From Escherichia coli (GTDB lineage Bacteria; Pseudomonadota; Gammaproteobacteria; Enterobacterales; Enterobacteriaceae): DNA of 64,000 nucleotides. The stretch lies in the NCBI RefSeq assembly GCF_003019035.1, contig NZ_CP027447.1. One strand, 5' to 3'. Under the pieces are notes generated by a model. It saw only the letters and a program-made list of their open reading frames with translations, was not told the DNA's origin and searched no databases. Below, piece by piece: positions 1 through 13,242 of the stretch; position 1 is the stretch's first letter; the number at the start of each line of letters is the position of its first letter. The translations under genes and the position numbers were made by a program.

Positions 1-258
1 GGCGTGAAAATGATCCCAGGCGTAAGTTACCAGAAGATCGACGATGACGGGCTGCATGTAGTGATCAACGGCGAACCGCAAATTTTGGCGGTAGATCATG
101 TGGTGATCTGCGCAGGGCAAGAGCCAAACCGCGCATTGGCGCAACCGCTGATTGATAGCGGGAAAACTGTGCATTTAATTGGCGGCTGCGATGTAGCTAT
201 GGAGCTGGACGCACGACGGGCAATTGCCCAAGGAACACGGCTGGCGCTGGAGATTTAA
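1..258 (+). CDS. fadH: 2,4-dienoyl-CoA reductase, C-terminal fragment (gene begins upstream of window)
   Basis: In-frame ORF running to TAA at 256-258; C-terminal sequence recognised as FadH; lies upstream of rlmG as in E. coli. Confidence 0.8.
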   Translation, partial: GVKMIPGVSYQKIDDDGLHVVINGEPQILAVDHVVICAGQEPNRALAQPLIDSGKTVHLIGGCDVAMELDARRAIAQGTRLALEI

Positions 259-269
259 ATTGTGCATTG

Positions 270-366
270 AAGTGCCGGATGCGACGCTTGCCGCGTCTTA
301 TCCGACCTGGGGGTAATGTGCTGAACGTATGCCAGATAAGGCGTTTACGCCTTATCTGGCAGGTAG
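270..366. repeat. REP/BIME-type palindromic repeats (two copies)
   Basis: gccggatgcgacgcttgccgcgtcttatccgacctg and gccagataaggcgtttacgccttatctggca, typical enterobacterial REP sequences in a convergent gene gap. Confidence 0.7.
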
Positions 367-375
367 CTGCCAATC

Positions 376-1512
376 TTACCGACGACGCCCCAGCTTCACT
401 GCTTTCAGCACCACAAATTTATTATTCGTGGCGATGGTGGTGCAGTTGCCGAAAATCTTCTTCAGTTTATGGAAGTAATCCAGGTGACGGTTGGCAACGA
501 TATACAGCTCGCCGTTGATTTTCAGGCAGCGGCGGGCATGGTGGAACATCTCCCAGGCGACGTTATCGGTCAGCGCATGTTGCTGATGAAACGGCGGGTT
601 GCAGAGCACAGCATTAAAGCGGAAAGGCTCCACGCCGGAGAGCGCGTTGTTGATCATAAACTCGCAGCGATCCAACGCCTCTGGCATGTTGGTTTCAACG
701 TTTAACCGGCTGGAAGCAACCGCCATCGGCGATTCATCGACAAACACCACTTTCGCCTGCGGGTTTTTATCAAGCAGCGTCAGGCCAATAACGCCATTAC
801 CGCAGCCGAGATCGACAATCTCACCCTCGAGATTCTCTGGCAGATGTTGCATAAAGAAGCGCGCGCCAATATCCAGCCCGGTGCGGGAGAAGACATTCGC
901 ATGGTTGTGGATAGTCCAGTCAGTGCCTTCCAGCTTCCAGCTAACGGTCTGCGGTGCATCAACCAGCGGCGGCTCGTTGAAAGTGCAGTTAATCAGGCGC
1001 GCTTTCTTCCATGCCAGTGTGGTGGTGGTCGGACCGAGCACTTTTTCGAACAGTTCCAGCGTGGAGGTGTGAATGTCACGGGCTTTAGCACCGGCAATAA
1101 TACGTGTATCCGGCGTGACCACTTTGCGCAGCGCACGCAGTTGTTGTTCCAGCAACGCCAGTGTTTTCGGTACTTTGATCAGTACCACGCCCGGCTGTTG
1201 CGGGTAGTCGGCGGTGCTGTCGAGAAACTTCACGCTCGATTCATCAATCCCGTTGAGGCGTAAATTCTCGCGCGTGGCCAGTTCACTGATGTATGAGTCG
1301 CCAATGCTGTACGGCTTATGTTCCGCCAGCGCACAACTTAACGCACCAAAGGCATCATTCAGGATCAACACCGGGCCGCGGATTTCTGTGTCGTCCAACT
1401 GTTGCAGCAAATATTCATCCGCCGCTTCCCACGCCTGTAGCGGGTTAACGTCATCCGTCGCCGGAAAACGTTGTAGTGTCAGTGAACGGAAACCGTTGTC
1501 TAAGTGGCTCAT
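376..1512 (-). CDS. rlmG: 23S rRNA m2G1835 methyltransferase RlmG
   Basis: 378 aa ORF; SAM-methyltransferase motifs ([16 protein letters not shown]); recognised as RlmG/YgjO. Confidence 0.88.
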   Translation of the reverse strand: MSHLDNGFRSLTLQRFPATDDVNPLQAWEAADEYLLQQLDDTEIRGPVLILNDAFGALSCALAEHKPYSIGDSYISELATRENLRLNGIDESSVKFLDSTADYPQQPGVVLIKVPKTLALLEQQLRALRKVVTPDTRIIAGAKARDIHTSTLELFEKVLGPTTTTLAWKKARLINCTFNEPPLVDAPQTVSWKLEGTDWTIHNHANVFSRTGLDIGARFFMQHLPENLEGEIVDLGCGNGVIGLTLLDKNPQAKVVFVDESPMAVASSRLNVETNMPEALDRCEFMINNALSGVEPFRFNAVLCNPPFHQQHALTDNVAWEMFHHARRCLKINGELYIVANRHLDYFHKLKKIFGNCTTIATNNKFVVLKAVKLGRRR

Positions 1513-1596
1513 CGGCCCTCCTGAATGATAAAATTTCGACGTTGCCCCTGAAAAGGGTGCGTGAGTATACCCTTTTTCTCTTTTTCGTGGGCGGTT

Positions 1597-2100
1597 ATGA
1601 GCAATCTTACTTATCTTCAGGGTTATCCCGAGCAGCTACTTTCCCAGGTGCGAACGCTGATTAACGAACAGCGTCTGGGCGATGTGCTGGCAAAACGCTA
1701 TCCGGGAACACACGACTACGCCACCGATAAAGCCCTCTGGCAATATACTCAGGATCTTAAAAATCAGTTTCTGCGCAATGCCCCGCCGATCAATAAAGTG
1801 ATGTATGACAACAAGATCCACGTGCTGAAAAACGCGCTCGGGTTACATACCGCTGTCTCGCGTGTGCAGGGCGGCAAGCTGAAAGCAAAAGCAGAGATCC
1901 GCGTCGCTACCGTGTTTCGCAACGCGCCGGAACCGTTTTTGCGCATGATCGTGGTGCACGAGCTGGCGCACCTGAAGGAGAAAGAGCATAACAAAGCGTT
2001 TTACCAGTTGTGCTGTCATATGGAACCGCAGTACCACCAGCTTGAGTTCGACACCCGGCTGTGGCTAACGCAGTTGTCGCTTGGGCAGGACAAAATCTGA
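1597..2100 (+). CDS. ygjP: metal-dependent hydrolase YgjP (HExxH motif)
   Basis: ORF 1561-2100 trimmed to internal Met (MSNLTYLQG..., 167 aa); [11 protein letters not shown] motif. Confidence 0.8.
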   Translation: MSNLTYLQGYPEQLLSQVRTLINEQRLGDVLAKRYPGTHDYATDKALWQYTQDLKNQFLRNAPPINKVMYDNKIHVLKNALGLHTAVSRVQGGKLKAKAEIRVATVFRNAPEPFLRMIVVHELAHLKEKEHNKAFYQLCCHMEPQYHQLEFDTRLWLTQLSLGQDKI

Positions 2101-2176
2101 AAATGATGTCAGGCGTTATTTTTTCCTCCTTTAGCGCCTAAAATCGACCTCCCCCCTTTCGTTAAGGATAACGACC

Positions 2177-2869
2177 ATGCTGCGCGTATTTGCCCGCCTT
2201 CTTCTCCGTATTTGTTTTTCTCGCCGGACTCTTAAAATTGGCTGTTTATTGTTGCTTATAGCAGGAGCGACCATTTTTATTGCCGATCGCGTTATGGTCA
2301 ACGCCAGCCAACAACTGACCTGGAGCGATGTCAACGCCGTTCCGGCGCGGAACGTGGGTTTATTGCTGGGGGCGAGGCCGGGTAATCGCTACTTTACCCG
2401 ACGTATTGATAGCGCCGCAGCGTTGTACCACGCCGGAAAAGTGAAATGGCTATTGGTGAGCGGCGATAATGGACGTAAAAATTACGATGAAGCGTCAGGA
2501 ATGCAGCAAGCCTTGATCGCTAAAGGCGTACCGGCAAAAGTGATCTTCTGCGACTATGCCGGATTCTCAACGCTTGATTCGGTGGTGCGTGCCAACAAGG
2601 TGTTTAGTGAAAACCATATCACCATTATCTCGCAAGAATTTCATAACCAACGCGCCATCTGGCTGGCAAAACAGTATGGTATCGATGCTATCGGTTTTAA
2701 CGCGCCAGACCTGAATATGAAACACGGTTTATATACTCAACTGCGGGAAAAACTTGCCAGAGTCAGCGCGGTGATTGATGCGAAAATCCTCCATCGCCAG
2801 CCGAAATATCTCGGGCCGTTGGTTATGATTGGGCCGTTTAGTGAGCATGGCTGTCCGGCGAAAGAATAA
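2177..2869 (+). CDS. ygjQ: DUF218 family membrane-associated protein YgjQ
   Basis: 230 aa ORF with N-terminal hydrophobic segment; synteny. Confidence 0.8.
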   Translation: MLRVFARLLLRICFSRRTLKIGCLLLLIAGATIFIADRVMVNASQQLTWSDVNAVPARNVGLLLGARPGNRYFTRRIDSAAALYHAGKVKWLLVSGDNGRKNYDEASGMQQALIAKGVPAKVIFCDYAGFSTLDSVVRANKVFSENHITIISQEFHNQRAIWLAKQYGIDAIGFNAPDLNMKHGLYTQLREKLARVSAVIDAKILHRQPKYLGPLVMIGPFSEHGCPAKE

Positions 2870-2947
2870 TGCGTATCTGCGCACGTCGAAGATAAAAAAG
2901 GCGTGCTACAGTGACGAGAGAATCCCTTTATGGAGTATCCACGCGTT

Positions 2948-3934
2948 ATGATACGTTTCGCTGTGATTGGTACGAACTGGATCACTCGCCAGTTCGTCGA
3001 GGCCGCCCATGAGAGCGGTAAATACAAGTTAACTGCCGTTTATTCCCGCAGTCTTGAACAGGCCCAGCACTTCGCCAATGATTTTTCTGTCGAGCATCTG
3101 TTTACGTCGCTGGAAGCGATGGCAGAAAGCGATGCCATTGACGCGGTGTATATTGCCAGCCCGAATTCCCTGCACTTTTCCCAGACACAACTTTTCCTTA
3201 GTCACAAAATTCATGTGATTTGCGAGAAGCCACTGGCGTCGAATCTGGCGGAAGTGGATGCCGCCATTGCCTGTGCGCGGGAAAATCAGGTGGTGCTGTT
3301 TGAGGCATTTAAAACCGCCAGCCTGCCGAACTTTCATCTGTTGCGCCAGGCGCTGCCGAAAGTCGGCAAACTGCGTAAAGTCTTTTTTAACTATTGCCAG
3401 TATTCCTCGCGGTATCAACGTTACCTGGATGGTGAGAATCCCAACACCTTTAATCCGGCATTCTCTAACGGTTCAATTATGGATATCGGCTTTTACTGTC
3501 TGGCGTCAGCGGTGGCGTTATTTGGTGAGCCGAAAAGCGTGCAGGCAACCGCCAGTTTGTTGGCAAGCGGCGTAGATGCCCACGGCGTGGTGGTGATGGA
3601 TTACGGTGATTTCAGCGTTACGTTGCAGCACTCAAAAGTGAGCGATTCTGTCCTGGCAAGCGAGATTCAGGGCGAAGCGGGATCGCTGGTGATTGAAAAA
3701 CTGTCTGAATGCCAGAAAGTTTGCTTTGTTCCGCGTGGCAGCCAGATGCAGGATCTCACCCAACCGCAGCATATTAATACCATGCTCTACGAAGCAGAGC
3801 TGTTCGCTACCCTGGTGGATGAGCATCTGGTGGATCATCCAGGGCTGGCGGTCAGTCGCATCACCGCCAAACTGCTGACCGAGATCCGCCGCCAGACTAG
3901 GGTGATTTTTCCGGCAGATAGCGTAAAACTATAA
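2948..3934 (+). CDS. ygjR: Gfo/Idh/MocA-type NAD(P)-dependent oxidoreductase YgjR
   Basis: ORF 2930-3934; Rossmann N-terminus (IRFAVIGTNWI); start placed at MIRF (328 aa); start uncertain by 6 codons. Confidence 0.78.
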   Translation: MIRFAVIGTNWITRQFVEAAHESGKYKLTAVYSRSLEQAQHFANDFSVEHLFTSLEAMAESDAIDAVYIASPNSLHFSQTQLFLSHKIHVICEKPLASNLAEVDAAIACARENQVVLFEAFKTASLPNFHLLRQALPKVGKLRKVFFNYCQYSSRYQRYLDGENPNTFNPAFSNGSIMDIGFYCLASAVALFGEPKSVQATASLLASGVDAHGVVVMDYGDFSVTLQHSKVSDSVLASEIQGEAGSLVIEKLSECQKVCFVPRGSQMQDLTQPQHINTMLYEAELFATLVDEHLVDHPGLAVSRITAKLLTEIRRQTRVIFPADSVKL

Positions 3935-4007
3935 ATTGCCAAAGTAAAACAGTGTAAAAGGTATGTAACAGACCATTGACTGACTGAATGGTCTGTCATA
4001 CTTTGTT

Positions 4008-4217
4008 ACCTGCAAAGGGGAGTAACTTCATTGCCGGTCGATCGTCATTACGATGTGTGAAAAACCACATCCGGTCACCGGGCAACCCGAAAGGAATACG
4101 CAGACGTATTCCTTTTTTGTTGTAAGTGAGACCTTGCCGGAAGGCGAGGTCTATGCATAAAAAGCAGCGGCTGACGTCTTCCGACGTTGGCCGTTTTTTT
4201 ATGTGTAAGGAACTTCT
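4008..4217 (+). promoter_or_regulatory. alx 5' leader: structured RNA element (pH-responsive element / yybP-ykoY-type riboswitch) with an internal terminator-like hairpin plus U-tract at about 4168-4200
   Basis: About 210 nt untranslated leader before alx; hairpin cggctgacgtcttccgacgttggccg followed by ttttttt just upstream of the start codon; alx is known to carry such a leader. Confidence 0.55.
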
Positions 4218-5183
4218 ATGAATACTGTCGGCACGCCGTTGCTATGGGGCGGATTCGCTGTTGTTGTCACCATTATGCTGGCTATCGACCTGTTGTTGCA
4301 GGGGCGTCGTGGGGCACATGCCATGACCATGAAACAGGCTGCGGCCTGGTCGCTGGTCTGGGTGACGCTGTCGTTACTGTTTAACGCCGCTTTCTGGTGG
4401 TATCTGGTGCAAACCGAAGGTCGCGCCGTTGCCGATCCACAGGCACTGGCCTTCCTCACCGGTTATCTGATTGAGAAATCGCTGGCGGTCGATAACGTCT
4501 TTGTCTGGCTGATGTTGTTCAGCTATTTCTCTGTTCCGGCGGCATTACAACGTCGCGTGCTGGTGTATGGCGTGCTCGGGGCGATTGTTCTGCGTACCAT
4601 CATGATCTTCACTGGTAGCTGGCTGATTTCACAGTTCGACTGGATCTTGTATATCTTCGGTGCCTTCCTGCTGTTTACCGGCGTGAAGATGGCGCTCGCC
4701 CATGAAGATGAATCAGGCATTGGCGACAAGCCGCTGGTGCGCTGGCTACGCGGTCATTTACGCATGACCGACACCATCGACAACGAGCATTTCTTTGTGC
4801 GTAAGAATGGTTTGTTGTATGCCACGCCGCTGATGCTGGTGCTGATTCTGGTGGAGTTGAGCGACGTGATTTTCGCCGTGGATAGTATTCCGGCTATCTT
4901 CGCCGTGACCACCGATCCGTTTATTGTGCTGACCTCAAACCTGTTTGCGATCCTCGGCCTGCGTGCGATGTATTTCCTGCTGGCAGGTGTGGCAGAGCGT
5001 TTCTCGATGCTCAAATATGGTCTGGCGGTGATTCTGGTGTTTATCGGTATCAAGATGCTGATTGTCGACTTCTACCATATTCCGATCGCCGTCTCGCTGG
5101 GCGTGGTGTTTGGCATTCTGGTGATGACGTTTATTATCAACGCCTGGGTGAATTATCGGCATGATAAGCAGCGGGTTGGATGA
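4218..5183 (+). CDS. alx: TerC-family inner membrane protein Alx
   Basis: 321 aa multi-pass membrane ORF; recognised sequence; synteny. Confidence 0.88.
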   Translation: MNTVGTPLLWGGFAVVVTIMLAIDLLLQGRRGAHAMTMKQAAAWSLVWVTLSLLFNAAFWWYLVQTEGRAVADPQALAFLTGYLIEKSLAVDNVFVWLMLFSYFSVPAALQRRVLVYGVLGAIVLRTIMIFTGSWLISQFDWILYIFGAFLLFTGVKMALAHEDESGIGDKPLVRWLRGHLRMTDTIDNEHFFVRKNGLLYATPLMLVLILVELSDVIFAVDSIPAIFAVTTDPFIVLTSNLFAILGLRAMYFLLAGVAERFSMLKYGLAVILVFIGIKMLIVDFYHIPIAVSLGVVFGILVMTFIINAWVNYRHDKQRVG

Positions 5184-5506
5184 TTTTTAATCTGCCCACG
5201 CCGTGTACCCTGTCATCAACATGAGCACCGTTTTCTCCCTCTCCCCAAAAGGGGCGAGGGGACTGACCGAGTACTTTTTTGACGTTGTCATCAGTCTGGA
5301 AGCTGCACGTTGGGCTTTATTTTTATGTCAAACAAATGTAACCATTAAGTTGCAAAATATGACCTCTCTTTAAAATCCAGCATTTTTCGCTTCCCGAAGC
5401 TGTAACTTTCCTTATACTCGACCTTGCAAACACTTTGTTACATCCTGAAAGATGCGTCGACAGAACGCACCAGGGATGTGCGACAACACAATGAAAGGAT
5501 CGAAAA

Positions 5507-6751
5507 ATGACTACGCAACGTTCACCGGGGCTATTCCGGCGTCTGGCTCATGGCAGCCTGGTAAAACAAATCCTGGTCGGCCTTGTTCTGGGGATTCTTC
5601 TGGCATGGATCTCAAAACCCGCGGCGGAAGCTGTTGGTCTGTTAGGTACTTTGTTCGTCGGCGCACTGAAAGCCGTTGCCCCCATCCTGGTGTTGATGCT
5701 GGTAATGGCATCTATTGCTAACCACCAGCACGGGCAGAAAACCAATATCCGCCCTATTTTGTTCCTCTATCTGCTGGGCACCTTCTCTGCTGCTCTGGCC
5801 GCAGTAATCTTCAGTTTTGCCTTCCCTTCTACCCTGCACTTGTCCAGTAGCGCGGGTGATATTTCGCCGCCGTCAGGCATTGTAGAAGTAATGCGCGGGC
5901 TGGTAATGAGCATGGTTTCCAACCCCATTGACGCGCTGCTGAAAGGTAACTATATCGGGATCCTGGTGTGGGCAATTGGCCTCGGTTTCGCACTGCGTCA
6001 CGGTAACGAGACCACCAAAAACCTGGTCAACGATATGTCGAATGCCGTCACCTTTATGGTGAAACTGGTCATTCGCTTCGCACCGATCGGTATTTTTGGT
6101 CTGGTTTCTTCTACCCTGGCAACCACCGGTTTCTCCACACTGTGGGGCTACGCGCAACTGCTGGTCGTGCTGGTTGGCTGTATGCTGCTGGTGGCGCTGG
6201 TGGTTAACCCCTTGCTGGTGTGGTGGAAGATTCGTCGTAACCCGTTCCCGCTGGTGCTGCTGTGCCTGCGCGAAAGCGGCGTGTATGCCTTCTTCACCCG
6301 CAGCTCTGCAGCGAACATTCCGGTGAATATGGCGCTGTGTGAAAAGCTGAATCTGGATCGCGATACCTATTCCGTTTCTATTCCGCTGGGAGCCACCATC
6401 AATATGGCGGGCGCAGCAATCACCATTACCGTGTTGACGCTGGCTGCGGTTAATACGCTGGGTATTCCGGTGGATCTGCCCACAGCGCTGCTGTTGAGCG
6501 TAGTGGCTTCTCTGTGTGCCTGTGGCGCATCCGGCGTGGCGGGGGGGTCTCTGCTGCTGATCCCACTGGCCTGTAATATGTTCGGTATTTCGAACGATAT
6601 CGCCATGCAGGTGGTTGCCGTCGGCTTTATCATCGGCGTATTGCAGGACTCTTGCGAAACCGCGCTGAACTCTTCAACTGACGTGCTGTTCACTGCGGCA
6701 GCTTGCCAGGCGGAAGACGATCGTCTGGCAAATAGCGCCCTGCGTAACTAA
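5507..6751 (+). CDS. sstT: Na+/serine-threonine symporter SstT
   Basis: 414 aa polytopic membrane ORF; recognised as SstT. Confidence 0.9.
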   Translation: MTTQRSPGLFRRLAHGSLVKQILVGLVLGILLAWISKPAAEAVGLLGTLFVGALKAVAPILVLMLVMASIANHQHGQKTNIRPILFLYLLGTFSAALAAVIFSFAFPSTLHLSSSAGDISPPSGIVEVMRGLVMSMVSNPIDALLKGNYIGILVWAIGLGFALRHGNETTKNLVNDMSNAVTFMVKLVIRFAPIGIFGLVSSTLATTGFSTLWGYAQLLVVLVGCMLLVALVVNPLLVWWKIRRNPFPLVLLCLRESGVYAFFTRSSAANIPVNMALCEKLNLDRDTYSVSIPLGATINMAGAAITITVLTLAAVNTLGIPVDLPTALLLSVVASLCACGASGVAGGSLLLIPLACNMFGISNDIAMQVVAVGFIIGVLQDSCETALNSSTDVLFTAAACQAEDDRLANSALRN

Positions 6752-6754
6752 TAC

Positions 6755-7306
6755 TTAGCCCCTTTCGTCTACGGCGGAAGGGGTTTTCTCCACTTTAAAC
6801 GGATCAATTCCCCTTCTCTGCATACGCCAGAAACGAATGATATTCAGGCCATTCATTAGCAGAAAACTCCCCTCAATCATCGTGCCGCCTATCGACCCCG
6901 CCCAGAAGTTGTGAATCACCCAGCAACACGTTGAAAACCACATTACGCAGCGCATGGTCAGCCCTTTACAGCGGAACAGCGCCCAGGTACTGACAATCGT
7001 GCCGATTACCGGCAGTAGTTCGACAGGATGATGGAACTTCGCGAGGCCAATTCCGCCAGTCAGCACAATAAAAATCGCCATTACCCATAAGCTGCGCGTG
7101 CGTAAGGTAATCAATGTACGAATGGCATTAAGGATGGCACTGGCACCGGCAGGATAGGTGCCCAGAAGAAAAAAATGTACGCCAATAACGGCGCTATAGA
7201 CCGAAAGCTGCTTTTTGAAGCGACGTTCGTCACGATTGAAAAATGTTGTGATACCAATCAGAAAGGCGATGACACCCACGCCCTGGGCCAGCCAATACGC
7301 GGTCAT
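6755..7306 (-). CDS. ygjV: inner membrane protein YgjV
   Basis: 183 aa hydrophobic ORF; synteny between sstT and uxaA. Confidence 0.8.
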   Translation of the reverse strand: MTAYWLAQGVGVIAFLIGITTFFNRDERRFKKQLSVYSAVIGVHFFLLGTYPAGASAILNAIRTLITLRTRSLWVMAIFIVLTGGIGLAKFHHPVELLPVIGTIVSTWALFRCKGLTMRCVMWFSTCCWVIHNFWAGSIGGTMIEGSFLLMNGLNIIRFWRMQRRGIDPFKVEKTPSAVDERG

Positions 7307-7329
7307 GATAAATCCTTAGCAGGTATGGA

Positions 7330-7368
7330 AAAGCAAACGGCGCTTCACATTATGAAACGCCGTTTTTT
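7330..7368 (-). terminator. intrinsic terminator-like hairpin downstream of uxaA
   Basis: aaacggcg ... cgccgttt stem with flanking T/A runs immediately 3' of the uxaA stop. Confidence 0.45.
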
Positions 7369-7388
7369 ATTAACAACTCATTTCGACT

Positions 7389-8876
7389 TTATAGCGTTAC
7401 GCCGCTTTTGAAGATCGCCAGTTCGCGGAAGTCGTTACGCTCGTTGCAGGTTTGTTTACCATTGGCAAACTCAACGATGGTATCGATAAATTCTTCCAGC
7501 AACTGCGGCATCGCTTTACCGTGGATCAGCTGACCCGCGTCAAAGTCGATCCAGTGTTTTTTCTTCGCCGCCAGTTCACTGTTGGTGGCGATTTTCACCG
7601 TCGGCACAAATCCACCATACGGCGTGCCACGACCAGTACTGAACAGCACCATATGGCAGCCCGCACCCGCCAGGGCGCTGGTCGCTACGGCATCGTTACC
7701 CGGCGCACTTAACAAGTTCAGCCCCGGCGTTTTCAGACGCTCGCCGTAACGCAGCACGTCAACCACGACACTGGTACCCGCTTTCTGGGTACAGCCAAGT
7801 GATTTGTCTTCCAGCGTGGTGATACCGCCCGCTTTGTTCCCCGGTGATGGGTTTTCGTAGATCGGCTGGTCATGGGCAATAAAGTACTGTTTGAAGTCGT
7901 TGACCATGGTGACCAGTTTTTCAAACGTTGCTTCGTCGCGGCAATGGTCCATCAGCAACTGCTCTGCGCCAAACATCTCCGGCACTTCGGTCAGTACGGT
8001 AGTACCACCGTTAGCAATCACGTAGTCAGAGAAACGCCCCAGCATCGGGTTAGCAGTAATACCAGAAAGACCGTCAGAACCACCGCACTCCAGACCAAAC
8101 TTCAGTTCGCTGAGTTTGCCTGGCTCGCGTTTATCGTTGCGCATCACGTTATACAGCTGATGCAAATGCGCGATCCCGGCCTCGATTTCATCATCCTGCT
8201 GTTGGCAGATCATGAAATGAACGCGTTCAGGATCGATATCGCCCAACGTTTCACGGAATGCGGCAACCTGGTTGTTTTCACAGCCCAGACCAATCACCAG
8301 CACTGCACCCGCGTTCGGGTGGCGCACCATGTTTTGCAGCATGGTGCGAGTATTGATGTGATCGTCGCCCAGTTGTGAGCAGCCGTAGGTGTGGCTGAAG
8401 AGGAACACGCCGTCGGTACCTTCAGCGTTGTTGGTCTCTTTCAGGAAACGATTTTGGATCTGCCGCGCGATGCCGTTAACACAACCCACGGTTGGCAGGA
8501 TCCACAGCTCATTACGCACCCCGACATCGCCGTTCGCGCGACGATAGATCTGCACTTCACGATCTGCCGCTTGCGCAGGCAGATCCTGAAAATCAGGTTG
8601 ATAGCGATACTGATCCAGATCGCTCAGATTCGTGCGCGTATTGTGGGCGTGAACGTGTTCCCCCGCCGCAATATCCGCCAATGCATAACCAATCGGCAGG
8701 CCATATTTAATGACGTTGGCCCCTTTTGCGATATCCGTTAACGCAAATTTATGTCCACGAGCAACATCCTGGCGCAGCGTAACAGTCTGGTTATCGACAC
8801 TGACTTCTGTGCCTTCAGCCAAATCCGCTAAAGCAACCGCGACGTTATCCAGCGCATGGATCTTGATGTATTGCAT
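7389..8876 (-). CDS. uxaA: altronate dehydratase UxaA
   Basis: 495 aa ORF; recognised as UxaA; adjacent to uxaC. Confidence 0.9.
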   Translation of the reverse strand: MQYIKIHALDNVAVALADLAEGTEVSVDNQTVTLRQDVARGHKFALTDIAKGANVIKYGLPIGYALADIAAGEHVHAHNTRTNLSDLDQYRYQPDFQDLPAQAADREVQIYRRANGDVGVRNELWILPTVGCVNGIARQIQNRFLKETNNAEGTDGVFLFSHTYGCSQLGDDHINTRTMLQNMVRHPNAGAVLVIGLGCENNQVAAFRETLGDIDPERVHFMICQQQDDEIEAGIAHLHQLYNVMRNDKREPGKLSELKFGLECGGSDGLSGITANPMLGRFSDYVIANGGTTVLTEVPEMFGAEQLLMDHCRDEATFEKLVTMVNDFKQYFIAHDQPIYENPSPGNKAGGITTLEDKSLGCTQKAGTSVVVDVLRYGERLKTPGLNLLSAPGNDAVATSALAGAGCHMVLFSTGRGTPYGGFVPTVKIATNSELAAKKKHWIDFDAGQLIHGKAMPQLLEEFIDTIVEFANGKQTCNERNDFRELAIFKSGVTL

Positions 8877-8890
8877 ATCAACCCCAGACC

Positions 8891-10785
<1,895 letters not shown>

Positions 10786-12084
10786 ATGCGTAAAATTAAA
10801 GGGTTACGTTGGTATATGATCGCACTGGTGACGCTCGGCACCGTGCTTGGTTACCTGACGCGTAACACTGTGGCGGCAGCTGCGCCAACTCTGATGGAAG
10901 AGTTAAACATCTCCACCCAACAGTATTCCTATATCATCGCAGCGTATTCTGCTGCTTATACGGTCATGCAACCGGTAGCGGGTTATGTACTGGATGTGCT
11001 GGGTACGAAAATCGGTTATGCAATGTTTGCTGTACTGTGGGCCGTGTTCTGTGGTGCAACCGCGCTGGCAGGTAGTTGGGGTGGCCTGGCGGTTGCTCGT
11101 GGTGCGGTCGGTGCCGCGGAAGCCGCGATGATTCCGGCGGGTCTGAAAGCCAGCTCCGAATGGTTCCCGGCGAAAGAGCGTTCCATCGCGGTAGGTTACT
11201 TTAACGTAGGTTCTTCGATTGGTGCGATGATTGCGCCGCCGCTGGTGGTATGGGCAATCGTGATGCACAGCTGGCAGATGGCATTTATCATCTCCGGTGC
11301 GTTGAGCTTTATCTGGGCGATGGCATGGCTGATTTTCTACAAGCATCCGCGCGACCAGAAACATCTGACCGATGAAGAACGCGACTACATTATTAATGGT
11401 CAGGAAGCCCAGCACCAGGTTGACACAGCGAAGAAAATGTCCGTTGGTCAGATCCTGCGCAACCGTCAGTTCTGGGGTATCGCGCTGCCGCGCTTTCTGG
11501 CAGAACCGGCATGGGGTACTTTTAACGCGTGGATCCCGCTGTTCATGTTTAAAGTTTACGGCTTTAACCTGAAAGAGATCGCGATGTTTGCCTGGATGCC
11601 GATGCTGTTTGCTGACCTCGGTTGTATCCTCGGTGGTTACCTGCCGCCGCTGTTCCAGCGTTGGTTTGGTGTGAACCTGATCGTTTCCCGTAAGATGGTC
11701 GTAACGCTGGGTGCTGTGCTGATGATTGGCCCGGGTATGATCGGTCTGTTCACCAACCCGTATGTCGCGATTATGCTGCTGTGTATCGGTGGTTTTGCTC
11801 ACCAGGCACTGTCTGGCGCACTGATTACGCTCTCTTCTGACGTGTTCGGTCGTAACGAAGTGGCGACGGCGAACGGTTTAACCGGGATGTCCGCATGGCT
11901 GGCAAGTACGCTCTTTGCTCTGGTGGTTGGTGCACTGGCTGACACCATCGGCTTTAGCCCGCTGTTCGCAGTACTTGCGGTATTCGACCTACTGGGGGCA
12001 CTGGTTATCTGGACGGTATTGCAGAACAAACCGGCGATTGAGGTGGCGCAGGAATCACATAACGATCCCGCACCGCAACATTAA
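10786..12084 (+). CDS. exuT: hexuronate (galacturonate/glucuronate) MFS transporter ExuT
   Basis: ORF 10666-12084 trimmed to MRKIKGLRWYMIALV... (432 aa); MFS topology. Confidence 0.88.
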   Translation: MRKIKGLRWYMIALVTLGTVLGYLTRNTVAAAAPTLMEELNISTQQYSYIIAAYSAAYTVMQPVAGYVLDVLGTKIGYAMFAVLWAVFCGATALAGSWGGLAVARGAVGAAEAAMIPAGLKASSEWFPAKERSIAVGYFNVGSSIGAMIAPPLVVWAIVMHSWQMAFIISGALSFIWAMAWLIFYKHPRDQKHLTDEERDYIINGQEAQHQVDTAKKMSVGQILRNRQFWGIALPRFLAEPAWGTFNAWIPLFMFKVYGFNLKEIAMFAWMPMLFADLGCILGGYLPPLFQRWFGVNLIVSRKMVVTLGAVLMIGPGMIGLFTNPYVAIMLLCIGGFAHQALSGALITLSSDVFGRNEVATANGLTGMSAWLASTLFALVVGALADTIGFSPLFAVLAVFDLLGALVIWTVLQNKPAIEVAQESHNDPAPQH

Positions 12085-12104
12085 GACTTAACGTAAGTTG
12101 TAAT

Positions 12105-12147
12105 GACGAAGCCGCCTGTTCAGGCGGCTTCGTTGTTTAGTTTTTTC
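12105..12147. terminator. bidirectional intrinsic terminator between exuT and the fimbrial adhesin gene
   Basis: gacgaagccgcc tgttca ggcggcttcgt hairpin followed by tgtttagtttttt. Confidence 0.6.
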
Positions 12148-12159
12148 TGGTCTGCGAGG

Positions 12160-13242
12160 TCAATTGATCGTCGGCAATGACGGGGTAAAGATGACCGACA
12201 ATTTACCCATATAATATCCCGCCTGTTTTGCCGTCACGTTAAATTTGTCGACCACCAGCGTCAGCGGAGTGGGAACACACATCACAGCGTAACGGATGCC
12301 TGGAAGCACCACCGGGCGGACATGTTTAAGATTGATGTTGGTCCAGACCATGCTCTCATTGTTGCGCACATCAATTTGCCCACCTGATTCCGGGTCATAC
12401 ATTTTGACACGGTAATCAATACGCTCCCCTTCATCCGTTGAGCTCGCGCCCTGACGATAAATCGAAAACGCACCATTACTGCGTCCTGCCGCCGTTTTTC
12501 CCTCATCTTTTAGCAAAATTTCATAGCTAAGACCGTTACCGTTAAAGCCATCGTACAGGCACATATCCAACATCGTCAGATCTTGCGCGTAGTTGTTGCC
12601 GTTAACGCTGCCTGTTGGATGCAAATCCAGTTGTACGCGTGGCGTGGCGTGGGCGAACTCCGGGAAGAACACGTCGATATGGTTGGGATCGAGGGTGTTC
12701 AGGGTAATATCTGCAAAATAGTCCACTGAAGGGCTATTTGAGTGCAGCTTAACCTGCCCTTTCCAAACGCCGCCAATCGGCAACTTCTTCATTTCTGCCT
12801 GCTCAAGGTAAAGCGTAAGAAACTTCTTATCAGCATAATGTGGGGTTGAATCCCCTGATACGTAGCATTTATACCGATTTGAGTCCCTGAGATCCGTTTG
12901 TGCAACGTATCCTTCACACCCTGGAGCCCCGTCAGTGACATAAGCGTTTTTAAATCCTTTGAGCGTAATCGGCCAACGCATACCACTGCGCTGCTCCGTT
13001 AAATAAATTTGTACTGTCGAGAAATTTCCAGAGTCCGAGCAAGTTTGCTGGCTATTGGGATATGAACATTCATACCACATATACGCGTTATTTCCGGAGG
13101 ACTCTTCCTCGTTCCAGAAGTAATAATCCGCTCTGCCAGCGGCCAAATCATAAGTAATTTCAGCCGTCACATTTGGCGTAGCGTGCCCCCCCGCGACCAT
13201 GCCAAATAAGCATAAAACCATGGCAATTAATCGATTTCTCAT
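12160..13242 (-). CDS. class 5 (CS1/CFA-I-type) fimbrial minor/tip adhesin subunit (CooD/CfaE-like)
   Basis: 360 aa with signal peptide (MRNRLIAMVLCLFGMVAGGHA); last gene of a chaperone-pilin-usher-adhesin operon; size and position match CooD/CfaE. Confidence 0.65.
   Translation of the reverse strand: MRNRLIAMVLCLFGMVAGGHATPNVTAEITYDLAAGRADYYFWNEEESSGNNAYMWYECSYPNSQQTCSDSGNFSTVQIYLTEQRSGMRWPITLKGFKNAYVTDGAPGCEGYVAQTDLRDSNRYKCYVSGDSTPHYADKKFLTLYLEQAEMKKLPIGGVWKGQVKLHSNSPSVDYFADITLNTLDPNHIDVFFPEFAHATPRVQLDLHPTGSVNGNNYAQDLTMLDMCLYDGFNGNGLSYEILLKDEGKTAAGRSNGAFSIYRQGASSTDEGERIDYRVKMYDPESGGQIDVRNNESMVWTNINLKHVRPVVLPGIRYAVMCVPTPLTLVVDKFNVTAKQAGYYMGKLSVIFTPSLPTIN

Noticed and set aside
599-1263. Two plus-strand ORFs (157 and 139 aa) antisense to rlmG
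   Set aside because: Both are contained in rlmG on the other strand and look like compositional artefacts
5235-5261. ccctctcccc-aaaa-ggggcgagggg hairpin downstream of alx as an intrinsic terminator
   Set aside because: Stable stem but the T-run is about 10 nt away (5275-5280) rather than immediately adjacent, so I did not list it as a confident terminator
10903-11802. 299 aa minus-strand ORF antisense to exuT
   Set aside because: Lies entirely within the confidently assigned exuT gene on the opposite strand; Arg/His/Thr-rich composition typical of antisense frames of GC-rich coding sequence; no signal of an independent gene
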